NCBI GenBank assembly: GCA_031835245.2
Contig: JAVKOQ020000031.1
Coordinates: 62,001-126,000 of the forward strand
Direction: 5' to 3'
DNA length: 64,000 nt
DNA from: Balamuthia mandrillaris
Taxonomy: Eukaryota
The translations under genes and the position numbers were made by a program. The notes under the pieces were generated by a model that searched no databases, was not told where the DNA came from, and saw only the letters and a program-made list of their open reading frames with translations. This document shows, one piece after another, positions 37,703-49,133 of this stretch (positions are counted from its first letter, which is position 1; every line of letters starts with the position of its first letter).

Positions 37703-38269
37703 AACGACAAGAAAGAAACGACAAGAAAAAACGACAAGAAAGAAAGAAAGAAAAAAGAAAGAAACAACAAGAAAGAAACAAGATTACAGATGAAAGCAGA
37801 ACCAACAACGAACCAATAACAACTGTGCTGGACCTGTTGACACCCATTGCGCAATGCACCAACACCTTTTCTTTTCTCTGCTTTACCTGTTCTTTTTTTT
37901 TATTATTATTGTCCATTACATAGACTTGTCTTTAGTGGTCTTCTACTCAAGGAGAATAAAAGAAAGAGAGAGAAAACACAAGAAGTTACTCAGAAAGGCA
38001 AAGCAAGGCTGAAGTTTAACTTCCAGGCTATCTCTTCCATAGTCCGAGAGCGGCTCCATCCGAAACCGGTCGGGGTCATACTCAGAGGGATACATCCCAC
38101 CAACCACGTTCAAGATGCAAGTGATGCCGAGTTGCTCCAACGCAGCGTCATCGGCGGCATGGTACTGGCTCCCTAGGAACAGCCATGGAAGGATCTCGCT
38201 GGGCGGACTGAGCCGGCGTTCCTCCATCCTCCTCTTTCTTTCTTGTTCTTCGAAGGGTGGAAACTTCAT
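37033..38269 (-). CDS. Dual-specificity protein phosphatase (start uncertain)
   Basis: PSEILPWLFLGS, LGITCILNV, catalytic VLVHCAMGVNRSSTVVIGYL, AYEHLVERRPQVQPHPEYLKQL. Confidence 0.9.
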
Positions 38270-38853
38270 ATTGCTGTCGACCTTTGCAGAAGAAGCAGCA
38301 GGCGGGAGAGGAGGAGGGAAGCTGTTAGGCTTGTGCGAAGAAACCGTTCGTTTACAGCCTGCAATGATGCGCGTTTATTCCATCACAAGAAGCCTGAAAG
38401 GGTACTACAAAAGAAAGAGAAGCTGTGACCTGGGCACCAAAAGGCCTCAAAGCTTATCCTAGAGATTTGTGGGTGTCCCCCGCTGGAACTAACAGGAAAC
38501 GGGCAGTGAGGAGGAGGCAGAAAAAGAAGAACAGCAGCTGTCCATAGTAAAACGCTTGTTGAATATTAGGGAGCTCTGAGCGATAAAAAAACGAAGCTCC
38601 AGCAACGGTTCTATCCCTCCTCCTTCCATCCCTGCATATTAATAATGCGACCAAACCAAAGAGTCCTTGGAATGTCCTAGTCACTGGAATGGCCATTTAA
38701 TTTTATTGGTTCAATTAAAATGATATTAATAACAAAGTGATAAAAAAAAACTTTATAGCGGACCTAAGAATACGCGGCGGAGCTGTTTGCTTCCTTTGGC
38801 TTCTCCTTGCCCAACAAACGAAACCCGACCGAGAGGCAGCTGGCAAAGAAGAG

Positions 38854-39701
38854 ATGCACCGAAGCTGTTCCGTTCTGTGGGAGGCCGTCTTTTTCTCCCT
38901 CCTCTTCTTCTTCTTGTGGAGCTGCACCTTTTTTTCGGGGTCCTATGCTCTGTTGTGCCGCGAAAACTCTGCTGCGCTGACGTACCCCCGGACGCCAGCC
39001 CCTGGGCAACCCTTCGTTCTCACGCTCAGCATTATCTTGGGAGTAATGAAAGACCAACAATGCTTGATAACCCTAAATGACCACCCGCAATACTCTGCGT
39101 GGGCTACTGATGGTTAGACTCCGTTTCATCTTCTTTCTTCTCCTTCACCAAGCTGAACAACAAAAACTAGGTCTCTCAGCTACAGATGCTAAAGTGGGTC
39201 TAAAGGTCACCTGTGCCTCTAAAAACAGCTGTTTGGTGAGTGGCATAGGGTCTGGTGTCGTCACCTTCCAGAGGCACTATAACCTCCCCGTTTCCGCTGT
39301 GCAACCAGCCACCCCTCTCCAGTACACCGCTTCCGATGGCACGTCCTCGGGCGTCTACTCGGTGGACATCCAGATCCGGCCAAGCTTCAGCCTTACGGCC
39401 ACATTCACTTCAAACTGGCCTTCCTCTTTCGTGCCCGGTCGCGACGACGTCTTTCCCTTCTCTTTCCAGGTCTCCAGCAGTGGCCCTTCTTTGGTGAATG
39501 GCGGCTTTTGCTTGTTGTCCTTCACCCCACTCTCTTCCTTGGATCGTTCGCAATTGCCGGGCAACTGTGGAAATGGGCCTGATGGCACCATTCGTTGCAA
39601 CTTTCGAAATAGTCAATTGCCGCCTGCCATCTCTGGTCCGTTCGTTTCTTTCATTTCTTTGCTTTTTGTTCTTTCTTGTCGTTTCTTTCTTTCTTGTCGT
39701 T

Positions 39702-39741
<40 letters not shown>

Positions 39742-39747
39742 GTCGTT

Positions 39748-39803
<56 letters not shown>

Positions 39804-39911
39804 GTCGTTTCTTTCTTTCTTTCTTGTCGTTTCTTTCTTTCTTTCTTGTCGTTTCTTTCTTTCTTTCTTGTCGTTTCTTTCTTTCTTGTCGTTTCTTTCT
39901 TTCTTGTCGTT

Positions 39912-39959
<48 letters not shown>

Positions 39960-39983
39960 GTCGTTTCTTTCTTTCTTGTCGTT

Positions 39984-40080
<97 letters not shown>

Positions 40081-40146
40081 TTTCTTTCTTGTCGTCTTTC
40101 TTTCTTTCTTTCTTGTCGTTTCTTTCTTTCTTTCTTTCTTTCTTTT

Positions 40147-40202
<56 letters not shown>

Positions 40203-40204
40203 TT

Positions 40205-40300
<96 letters not shown>

Positions 40301-43300
40301 TTCTGTTTCTCATTCCTCTGTTTTCTCTTTCCGTTTGCCTTCTTTTTCTTTCTTTGTCGATATGTTCTCGCTCTTGAATTCGAACTGAAACTGCTTGTGT
40401 TGCTTGTTCTCAACAGAAACCTTTGCGTTCAAGACTCTTGTGTTGGGTGCAGAGATGAGAGAAACTGTGACGGTGGCGGTGCCCTCCTGCAACAACGACG
40501 CAGGGAATGAGTTGCAACGATACACTCCCCCAACCCCACAATCCATGCGCCCTTCTCCCGACATTCATCTCTCTCTCACTTTTCTCAGTACGCCTCCTTC
40601 CTTTGTTGCTTATCTTTTGCACTATTAATGTTGTTTTGCCGAACACAGACTCAGGTTCCTCGATCATGGCAGGAGGGTCTGCAGGCATTCGTTTCCAGCT
40701 TTACAACAAGGGCATTTCCACAAGCCTTTCCACTTCCCTGGATTGGACCTTTCCTTTGGACATCAAGATCCTCGACTCTCCTTTCACCGAATCCTTTTGC
40801 ACCTCTTCTGTCCTTGCTGATCATCTGGCCCTCACCTGCACCTTGAACGTCGCGCCCTGGGAAGGAGATAAACAGATTGAGGTGGAGTTGGCAGCAGCTT
40901 CCACGCTGTCCGTCGTGGAGTTCTCCGTTCGCATCAAGGATGAGTTGCAGAAAGAGACGGTAACCAATGGACAGCTCATCGTCGCCACTCCACCCACACT
41001 GGAAGCGGGCTTTACCAAGAACCTTCCTGCTTCATTCGTGCCAGGGCAAGTCACCCCCCTCCAGGCCTCATTCAACGTGTCCAACAGGGGAGCGGTAATG
41101 GTGAAAGAAGGCTATTGTGTGGTGTCCTTCTCCCCATTGTCTGTGTTGGATCGTGAAGCTCTTCCTTCGACATGTGGGGACGGAGGGGATGGCAAGCTTC
41201 GTTGTGGGTTTCAACACTCAAGTTTGCCACCTGCCACCTTCGGTTCGTTCTTCCCTTCGCTTCCCTATTCTTTCTATGTTCCTTCTTCTTCATTGTTCAT
41301 TCCTTTTTATCTTCATTTGCTCTTTTAATGTTGTTTCCCTCCTTATCACTGGTGCAGAAAGCTTTTCCTTTCAGACCCTGCCATTGCCTCCTGTAATGAG
41401 AGAGACGGTGACCATCGCCATCCCGACCTGTGGTGCGGCAGATGAGACCATCTTCACTCCTCCCACACCACAATCCTCTCAACCTTCTCCCAACATTCAA
41501 CTTGCCTTTGCTCTCCTCGGTTCGCTCCTTCTCTTTCATTTTTTTTAAAACACGAACTTACAATGGACCATGGAAACAACTCTACGCCCTCCACAACAGA
41601 TGAAGCAGCACTAATTCTGGCAGGAGGGCAGACGGACATCGAGTTCAAGCTTTCCAACAGAGGGCCTTCAACCAGTCTTTCCACTTCCATGACCTGGCAT
41701 TTTCCGCAGGACATCACCCTCGTTCACAATGCCTTCACTCACACCTTTTGCGAGGTGGATGCGAAGCAGGAGGAGGAGGAGGAGGTGGAGTTGCGCTGCC
41801 AGTTGGATGTTGCAGGAGGAGGGGAAGTGGAGAACGAGATTGCAGTGCGGTTGAACTCGGGTTCCTCTTTGGCAGAGGTGGAGTTCTCCGTGGAGATGAA
41901 GGACGAGTTGGGGAAGGAGCTGCCAAAGGTGAAGGGAGAGTTGACCACCAAAACGTTCAGCAACAAGCTGTTGATGAATGTGGAATGGCTACATCCTTCC
42001 ACACCTCCTCAATTGGTTTGCTTTCCTGTTGGCTTTTCTTTCCGTTTTTGTCTCTTCTTGCATTCGTTACACTTCCTGTCTCCTTTCGGTCTTGTTTGTT
42101 CGTTCGTTCTTTGTCGCTTTTTTTTTTTCCTTCTTTCCTTCTTGTAGTTTCATTCCTCTTTCTTGTCGTTCCTTTCCTTGCATTCTGTTGACCAACTTTG
42201 TTCTTCAAGCACAAACAAGAAAGCAAGAACAACAGCAAGGAGTTTGCAGTGGAGATGAAGAGCGGAGGACCATCTTGGGCTCGCCAAGTGGCGTGCTTCT
42301 TCAACTTCACCAGCCTTGATGGCGATGGTGCTTCCTCTCTCGCAGACTCCTCTTTCACCAGCCCATTGCCATGCGCCGCATTGCTGGGGGAGAGCGTAGA
42401 GAAGCACGTGCTCTGCCAAGTGGGGGACCTATCCACCACCACTTGGACATCGTTCCGCTTCGCCCTCTCCTCCAAGCAACCCTTGGGAGCAACCAAGGTG
42501 GAGATCGGATGCCGAAGCAGCACACCCAACGACTTCCCTCTGGTCTCTTGGTCTGCTGTCTTGGATGAAGAGGAGGTGAAGCCCATCATCGATCCAGGTG
42601 CGGGAGAGACAGCCAGCCAGTTCCCAGACAACACCCCAAATCTCCAACTCGTCCCCAAGCAAGACGCTGCCCCTCAAGATCACCTACGCATGAACTTTGT
42701 GTTTCACTCCATTCGCGAGTTGGACGAGAAAGGGCAGGAGGTGAGGAAGATGAGCTTCCCTTCTTCTGGCTACCACTCCTCTTTCCTGGATGAGAGGACT
42801 ATTGGCTTCTCTTGGGAGGTGGAGGAAGACGATAAGAAGGAGGAAGGGAGAAAGCGAGTGGAGTGGACATTCACAGTGGTGGAGGAGGAGAGGGAGTTTC
42901 ATGTGGGGAACACGACATTCAAGGTGGGCGCTGGGTTCACCAAATGGAGCGTGATGCTCTCTGACTGGCTTCCTTCCGCCCCTTCTCTTCTTGCACGTTC
43001 GAAGAAACGGATCGGAGATGCCATAGGGAAAGCGAGATGGTTGGAGCTGATAGTAAGAATGAACAGTTCAGATAGCGCGCTGATCCCAGCCGACCAAACG
43101 CACAAACACGAAGGAAGAGGTGACACGGTGGTGACAAACGGCGTGTGGAGGACGGACAGCACCCAAGTCCTGCTCAACCTGTTGCAAGTATGTTTGGTGG
43201 ATGGAGAGCAACAGGCGGCAAGCGCCAAAGTGGAAAGCGTCAGCAAAGATGGAGAGGAACAGCAATGGTTGGTGATCCGAATGCCCATGGGCAAGCACAT

Positions 43301-43562
43301 GTTCTACGACCCGGACGTACAAGTCTTGGTGGACACCAGAAGCGACAAAGATGATGGAATGAATGTGAAGCTGGTGGTGGCGGTGTCGGTGAGTGTGGGG
43401 CTGGCGGTCTGTGCGGTGGTGTCCGTGCTGTCCGGGGCGGTGGTCTGGCGGCGGAGAAAGATGAGGGAGTTCTCGGCCTCCTTGGGTGCCGTCAACTTCT
43501 CGGGAGAGGAAGGCACGGAGGACCTCCCTCTGCTCTCGGAAGGTGACTTGAGTCAAGACTGA
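38854..43562 (+). CDS. Large single-pass surface protein with duplicated Ig-like modules and a membrane-proximal YDPD (ComC supersandwich-like) domain
   Basis: Signal-like N-terminus; internal duplication SFVPG..F.VS..G...G.C..SF.PLS.LDR..LP..CG.G.DG..RC.F (about 39420 and 41030); NFVFHSIRELDEKGQEV, TKWSVMLSDW, MFYDPDVQVL; TM LVVAVSVSVGLAVCAVVSVLSGAVVW-RRRK. Confidence 0.78.
39669..40300 (+). repeat. intronic (CTTT)n array interrupted by CTTGTCGT units
   Basis: Read directly; the same motif mix occurs as (GAAA)n/ACGACAAG at 37570-37770 in a minus-strand intron. Confidence 0.95.
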
Positions 43563-43909
43563 ACGAGCCGTAAATAAAGATTCTTAAAAGATGAGTAAAA
43601 TGCTTTCTCCGTTTCCTTCGAAGGGTTTTGCGTGAGGGTGGGCTTGTCCCTTCTCCTCTTCTTTTTCTTTGGTGGCTGCTTCTTCTTCTCTGGTACAGTG
43701 GCGGAAGGCGATGAGAGAGGTGGAACGAAGGAACTTCAGCGAGCTTTCTGTACCGAGAAATATCACAACTTCGAGGAGAAAGTACTGTGGAGAATGTTTT
43801 GTGGAATGGAAGGGCAACCTCTCTTCTTTATGAGAAGCTTCCTCCGTCTACTAGACTTGCAACTTCTCTTGATCCTCATTCTGGTCCTGCAGCAGGTAAT
43901 GATGCACGT

Positions 43910-44725
43910 TTATTCTTGTCGCAACATGATGTCAGAACGAAGGATGTGCTTGGTGCCGCTCTCTACCTTGGTGGCGTAATGTCTCGGCCCATCCGCTCGC
44001 TGTCGGAACAACAGAGCTGTCCCTCGCTTTGGACGAACCGAAACCACTTTTCTGCCGTCTTCTCCTTCTCCTCCCTTGGCCACTCTTATTTCGGTGGTGC
44101 CTCCCACAAAGTCATCGTTGAGGTACAGAACAAGGGAGTAGATGGACCTCGAGCCATCCTCTGCTGAGGCGGACATGCCATCCACATGCTCCAAGAACTC
44201 CTCCCCTGCTGCATACCTGAAGAAGCGAAAGCGTGGGTTCAACGAGGAGGACTCGAAGGCGAGCTGCCGCCTCAACCGCTCTTCATAGAGGCGAGCACAA
44301 AACGTTGAGGGCACGCTCCAAACGAGGCGGGAGTTGTTGCGGTAGACCTGGCTGGGAGTCCATAGGAGGAGCCGCCCTTCTGCGGTGGCCTGTTTCAGGA
44401 CCTCTTCTCCCAGCGGGGTCACCGCTTCGGCTGGCTGATAGCCTTGCGTTTCTGCGGCAGAGATACACTGTTGGCACTCCTCCGAGGAGAGAACGTTGTG
44501 GATGAGGAAGATGTGGTCTTGCTCGTCTTGGTAGAGTTGTTCTTCTTGTTGCGGAAGGGGAGATGAGATGGAAGGAGGAGGAGAGGATAAAGTGGGAAGC
44601 AGAGAAGCAGCTTCTTGTCGTTCCCGCGAGGTGGTGATGGTGGGGTTATTGGTTTGGGCGGTGGACTCTTCGCCCCACGTGAAGTTGTACTCTGGCAACA
44701 ACAGCGTCTCCTTGGGCATGGCCAT
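43910..44725 (-). CDS. 2OG-Fe(II) oxygenase, prolyl-4-hydroxylase-like, intronless core
   Basis: IHNVLSSEEC, LNPRFRFFRY..GEEFLEHVDG (HxD), SLVLYLNDDFVGGTT, VRPKRGTALLF, distal His RHYATKVESGTKHILRSD. Confidence 0.9.
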   Translation of the reverse strand: MAMPKETLLLPEYNFTWGEESTAQTNNPTITTSRERQEAASLLPTLSSPPPSISSPLPQQEEQLYQDEQDHIFLIHNVLSSEECQQCISAAETQGYQPAEAVTPLGEEVLKQATAEGRLLLWTPSQVYRNNSRLVWSVPSTFCARLYEERLRRQLAFESSSLNPRFRFFRYAAGEEFLEHVDGMSASAEDGSRSIYSLVLYLNDDFVGGTTEIRVAKGGEGEDGRKVVSVRPKRGTALLFRQRADGPRHYATKVESGTKHILRSDIMLRQE

Positions 44726-45269
44726 TGCACTGTCCTGCTTTCCTGCTGCTTCTGTTGTTTCAGTTAGCTGAAAAAAAAAGCCGAGCCTAGGCGCAGTCGA
44801 AACGAGGAGGAGCCCCCACCTTGCAGGGAGACAGAGATATCATACCGCAAGAAAGCAAGTTTTGGAGTCGGGCTCTGCCAGCATTCCTTTCTATTGGTCT
44901 TCGGATACGTCCTCAAACGGGAAGAGAAGCAAAAACCAACAGAACACCGTGATTAAAACAAGCAAACGGTGATCGCTTTCCAAGTTTTGAATGCAAGACG
45001 TTCAAAAAGGAAGAGAAGCTTCTTATTGCTTACAGCTGCTTTTGGGATCGGTTCTCTCTCTGCTCTGGTCTCCATTTCTAGAGCTTTTTGTATTTCCTTT
45101 TGGACTCTTTTGGTGCTGGGATAACGTGTGATACCTACTCTTCAGTGATGCATAAGGTATTATTACCACGAGCAGGCTATGTCGTAACCTTGGGCTGTTG
45201 GATATATCTTGGCGGAGTTGCTATCCTATCTCTTTGTGTTTTTGTTTTGCGCAGGTTTCCAAAATGACG

Positions 45270-45890
45270 TCAATGAACACTTAGGTTGGCAAGGAGGGTC
45301 GGCAAAGAAGTCGGCAAGGAGGTCAGTAAAGAGGTCGGCGAGGAGGTCGGCAAGGAGGTCGGCAAAGAGGTCGGCGAGGAGGTCGGCAAGGAGGTCGCAG
45401 GGGTCGGCAAGGAGGTCGGCAAGGAGGTCAGTGAAGAGGACGGCGAGGAGGTCGGCAAAGAGGTCGGCAAAGAGGTCGGCAAGGAGGTCGGCAAGGAGGT
45501 CAGTGAAGAGGACGGCGAGGAGGTCGGCAAGAAGACTAGCAAGTAGATCAGCAGATGTGTAAGCAAGGGCTGAAGAGAACAAGGAGTGGAGGTACCTTGG
45601 GTCTGGCGTGCAACCAACTTAGCTCGCTTCTTCTTTGCGTAGTAGCGTTGGTTTCGCTCCTGTCGAAGCCGCTTTTTTCGCAGAGCCTCTGCTGCCTCCT
45701 TCGATTCTTCTTCTTTTTCTTTCGCACGTTCTACTTTTTTTCGAGCTTGATACCGCCGTTGAGCCTCAGCAGCCCTCTTTCGTCGAACTTCCTTCGTCTC
45801 GCGCAGGCGCTTTTCCTCTGCTTCCTTCTCCTCCCTCTCTTTTTTCTTTTGAAGGTAGCGCTCTCGATCGTAGGCTTTGCGGTCTCGCAT
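45270..45890 (-). CDS. Hypothetical basic helical protein with (LPTS)n tail
   Basis: ORF MRDRKAYDRERY..RRKRAAEAQRRYQARKK; canonical 60-nt in-frame intron 45536-45595; both ends uncertain. Confidence 0.5.
   Translation of the reverse strand: MRDRKAYDRERYLQKKKEREEKEAEEKRLRETKEVRRKRAAEAQRRYQARKKVERAKEKEEESKEAAEALRKKRLRQERNQRYYAKKKRAKLVARQTQGTSTPCSLQPLLTHLLIYLLVFLPTSSPSSSLTSLPTSLPTSLPTSLPTSSPSSSLTSLPTSLPTPATSLPTSSPTSLPTSLPTSSPTSLLTSLPTSLPTLLANLSVH
45293..45531. repeat. 12-bp minisatellite, consensus AAGGAGGTCGGC, about 19-20 units
   Basis: Read directly; variant units AAAGAGGTCGGC, GAGGAGGTCGGC, AAGGAGGTCAGT, GAAGAGGACGGC. Confidence 0.95.
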
Positions 45891-46192
45891 TCTTCTTTTC
45901 GTTAACTCGTGTTTATCTGTCGACAGAAAAGTTGAAAAAACTTCCAACTTTAACATCCGCAGGGAAACCCACAGAAAGTGGTGTTTAGCAGGAAACACAC
46001 ATAAAACAGCGTCTCAAGCAATATCTCAGGACGACACGATAATCCAAGTCAGCGCCACGTCATTAGGGATAAGAAAGTAAGTTTCCATTGTTTACGTGAC
46101 GACCCGAAAAGCAGTTTTTTGTGACGTGAAAGATAATCGGGTCGTCATGATGGTTTCTTGAAAAAGACGAAAAAAAGCACACGCACAAGGCC

Positions 46193-47245
46193 ATGCAGTT
46201 TACAGCCACGCATCTTTCGGATGGCTACAGTTCTGACCTGGAGGACATCCTTGCCAGCCGGGCGGGGACCTCTCTTGGAACAGTTTCTGGGACCAAACGC
46301 TATGACAAAGATGAGGGGGGCAGCAACAGAGAAAAGGGTGCCCTTCTCTTCAAGCCACCGCCGCCCTCGCAGGCAAGCACAGAACCTTCTTCAAAGCCCG
46401 CATTGGCTCCTCTTCACTCACAGCACTTTCACAACACCATAAGCATGGACGCCTACTCTCGGCACAAAAAGTTCATCAACGACTACGTGCTCTTCTACGG
46501 ACGAAACAAGGATTTTATGAGAGGCTCTTCTTCATCTGCTGCCAGGACCGAAAGTCAGATCTTGAAAGAGCAGTACCGCTTCCTTCGCACCGAGGAGGAC
46601 GACCAAGCAGAGAACGCCTTGGAGGCTTGGGAGAAGAAGCTGGCCAAGAAGTACTATGACAAGCTCTTCAAAGAGTACTGCATAGTGGACCTGACAAGAT
46701 ATCGAGAGGGCAAGGTGGGCATGCGGTGGCGGGTGGAGAAGGAGGTCATGGAAGGCAAAGGGCAGTTCACCTGTGGCAACAAGAGCTGCAATGCTGCCAG
46801 CGAGCTGAACAGCTTTGAAGTTCCTTTCAAGTACAAGGAAGCAGGTGAGGTTAAGAGCGCGTTGGTCAAGGTGAGGGTGTGTCCTAACTGCGCCAGAAAG
46901 CTCAACTACAAGAAGATCAAGGAGCAGGAGAGAGAAGAGAGGAAACGGCAGAAACGAGAGAAGAAGAGAAGAAAGGAGGACGAGGATGAAGAAGAGAGGC
47001 AGACGGCCGCAGAGTTGAAGGAGAATGGAGCACAACCATCCAAACGGCCAAAGCGAGAGGTAGACAAGAGCCAAGCAGAGAGAAATGTGGCTGTAAAGAA
47101 AGAGAAGGGAGGTGACGTGGGAGCAAATGAGAACGAATACGAACAAGAACAAGAAAAAAACCCATGGAAAGCAGCCACCAACCTCGCTGCATCAACCACA
47201 CAAGAGGACGCCATGGAAGCGTACTTTCATGAATTGTTTCCTTAA
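46193..47245 (+). CDS. FRA10AC1: FRA10AC1-like spliceosome-associated protein, intronless
   Basis: MDAYSRHKKFINDYVLFYG, WEKKLAKKYYDKLFKEYCIVDLTRY, MRWRVEKEVMEGKGQFTCGNKSC, SALVKVRVCPNCARKLNY. Confidence 0.95.
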   Translation: MQFTATHLSDGYSSDLEDILASRAGTSLGTVSGTKRYDKDEGGSNREKGALLFKPPPPSQASTEPSSKPALAPLHSQHFHNTISMDAYSRHKKFINDYVLFYGRNKDFMRGSSSSAARTESQILKEQYRFLRTEEDDQAENALEAWEKKLAKKYYDKLFKEYCIVDLTRYREGKVGMRWRVEKEVMEGKGQFTCGNKSCNAASELNSFEVPFKYKEAGEVKSALVKVRVCPNCARKLNYKKIKEQEREERKRQKREKKRRKEDEDEEERQTAAELKENGAQPSKRPKREVDKSQAERNVAVKKEKGGDVGANENEYEQEQEKNPWKAATNLAASTTQEDAMEAYFHELFP

Positions 47246-47353
47246 CCAACACAACTACAATAACAAAGAGTATGCACAATCTTGTCGTTGTTCTGCATTG
47301 GCGGAATGAGTAGGTTGCTTTTATTTATGTATTATTTTTATTCTGATGACCTT

Positions 47354-48085
47354 TCAAATAGTATGACAATATGGTTCCATGAAGTCGGGGAGCTCAACTG
47401 GATGGAGAGAAGACTCCACTTTAGTGACAACAAGGTGCTCTGGTTGCGGGGGGTGCCTTGAGGATCCTCACGAGCTCGCCACTTTGCACTGGAGGGGAAT
47501 CAATATAGTGAATCAGCAACAAAAAAGAATGAGAAAGAAAAGATGTGGGAAGGGAAATGAACACCCAACCTCCAAACTCATAGTGCCAGGTCTCAGTTGG
47601 GGTTGTTGCGTTCCAAACGGCGACCTTTTCTCCTTTGAAGATGGAGTACTGCTCGAAACGGGCGTAGTGAAGCGGCAAGAGAATGTCCAGCGTTTCCCTG
47701 CCGCTGAGGCTGGTTATTTCGCAAGTCCCCTCCAACTCACCCTGCAAATAGAAGAACGTGTATTTGCGCTGTTGGTTGTCCTTGATGACATTCTTGTCTC
47801 CTTCTTCAATCCACTGCACGTCTTTTGCCACGGAACACCTGTCGCAAAAGAACACATGTGTAACAACGTTAACGTTGGATGAGAGAGGGAGGGAGAGGGA
47901 GAGGGAGAGAATAAGAGCGACAGCGAGAACGAAGATACTGACGAGATAATGGTTTTTGTATCGATAAGAACGTTTTGGGCGTGGATGGTATACTTACCGG
48001 CAAAGTAAGGAGGTGTTGTGGGATCTGCAAAGATCAGCGCTGCCAATGCCAGCAGAGCAGCATGAAGAAGCAAGACTTTACTCAT
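47354..48085 (-). CDS. Small secreted protein (possibly ependymin-related/LolA-like fold), with apparent frameshift near the 3' end
   Basis: Signal peptide MSKVLLLHAALLALAALIFA; WIEEGDKNVIKDN, GTCEITSLSG..LDILLPLHYARF align to the adjacent plus-strand paralog. The fold is an inference. Confidence 0.6.
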
Positions 48086-48466
48086 GACACTGGGGTACAA
48101 TTCGAAGGGGTTGGAAGTAAAGTTGCGTGTGTTTCAAGTTGATAAAGTGAACAAAAAACTGCATTATAACGAGATTGTTTGTTCTTTCAAGGGACCAGAG
48201 GGAGCGTTACCAGCCTTCGCTTTTGGTCCCAACCAATCGGCAAAAATGTGTTGCTTGTTTACTTGATGACGCAAGTTCAAAAAGTTTTGTGCTTCAACCA
48301 GTTGGTTGCATTCCAACTGGTTTGCATTCCATGAACGTCGTCCTGATAAACGCTGAACGCGAAACGGCACAGTTTTACGGAGTTCCGTAAGTTTTATCGC
48401 ATAGTCATCAATAGTAAACAAGCCCGGTTCAACAACAGCAAGCAAACAACACAACCCAAAACAAGC

Positions 48467-49073
48467 ATGTTGAAAGCGGCATTACTTCTTTCCTTGATGG
48501 TGATTGCACTAGCTCAAGCGGGCTCTCTCCCCGATTATATATTGGCGCAGAATACAGCTTCTCTTGTTGTGGGTTGGGATGTTTACCGTAGTCGCCCGGT
48601 GTGCAAAGCAATTCCTACGAGCAACAAAAGTTGTGGGAGATAGAGGATGGTTCCATCTACACCATCCGTGACAACGCAAAGTGCACCATCACGTTGTTCC
48701 ACACCAACTTCCAAAACAAGGGCAAGTGCGTCATCACGGATACCAGCGGCCTGGATATGTTGGACTACTTCTTGCCATACCACTATAGCAAATTTGCAGG
48801 CGCAAGTACCTGCAACGGAAAGCCGTGTTACAAGTGGACGGGACGGATCGGCAACAAGTCTTGGGACAATTACTTCCTTGGTAGAACTCGCTCTTGTTTC
48901 CTTACAAATGGTGAACAAAAACTAATCGATGTTCTTTTCCACTAGTGCTTAACAAACAGTTGGTGAAGATTGAAGGAGGCTCCAAAAACAAGCAATCCCT
49001 TTTCATCACCGACTTCAAAGACAAGGCCATCCCTTTCGACGTGCCCTCTGGGGTCACCTGCGTGCATGCTTGA
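48467..49073 (+). pseudogene. Paralogous secreted protein with disrupted 5' region (pseudogene or assembly error)
   Basis: Signal MLKAALLLSLMVIALAQAG is out of frame with the core EIEDGSIYTIRDN..GKCVITDTSGLDMLDYFLPYHYSKFAGASTCNGKPCYKW; TAG at 48589-48591 in the core frame. Confidence 0.5.
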
Positions 49074-49133
49074 GGGATATACCTGTAGACAGCTTATAAT
49101 GAAATCAAATAAAAACAAAAAGAAGAAAGAAAA

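Noticed and set aside
39498..40413. Long poly-(SFFL)/(KERK) ORFs, and poly-F/L/S/K/R/E ORFs elsewhere
   Set aside because: Translations of intronic microsatellites that lack stop codons.
48589..48591. In-frame TAG as evidence of stop-codon reassignment or readthrough
   Set aside because: TAG terminates other genes here (ARP, LRR gene, oxygenase) and the locus has other lesions.
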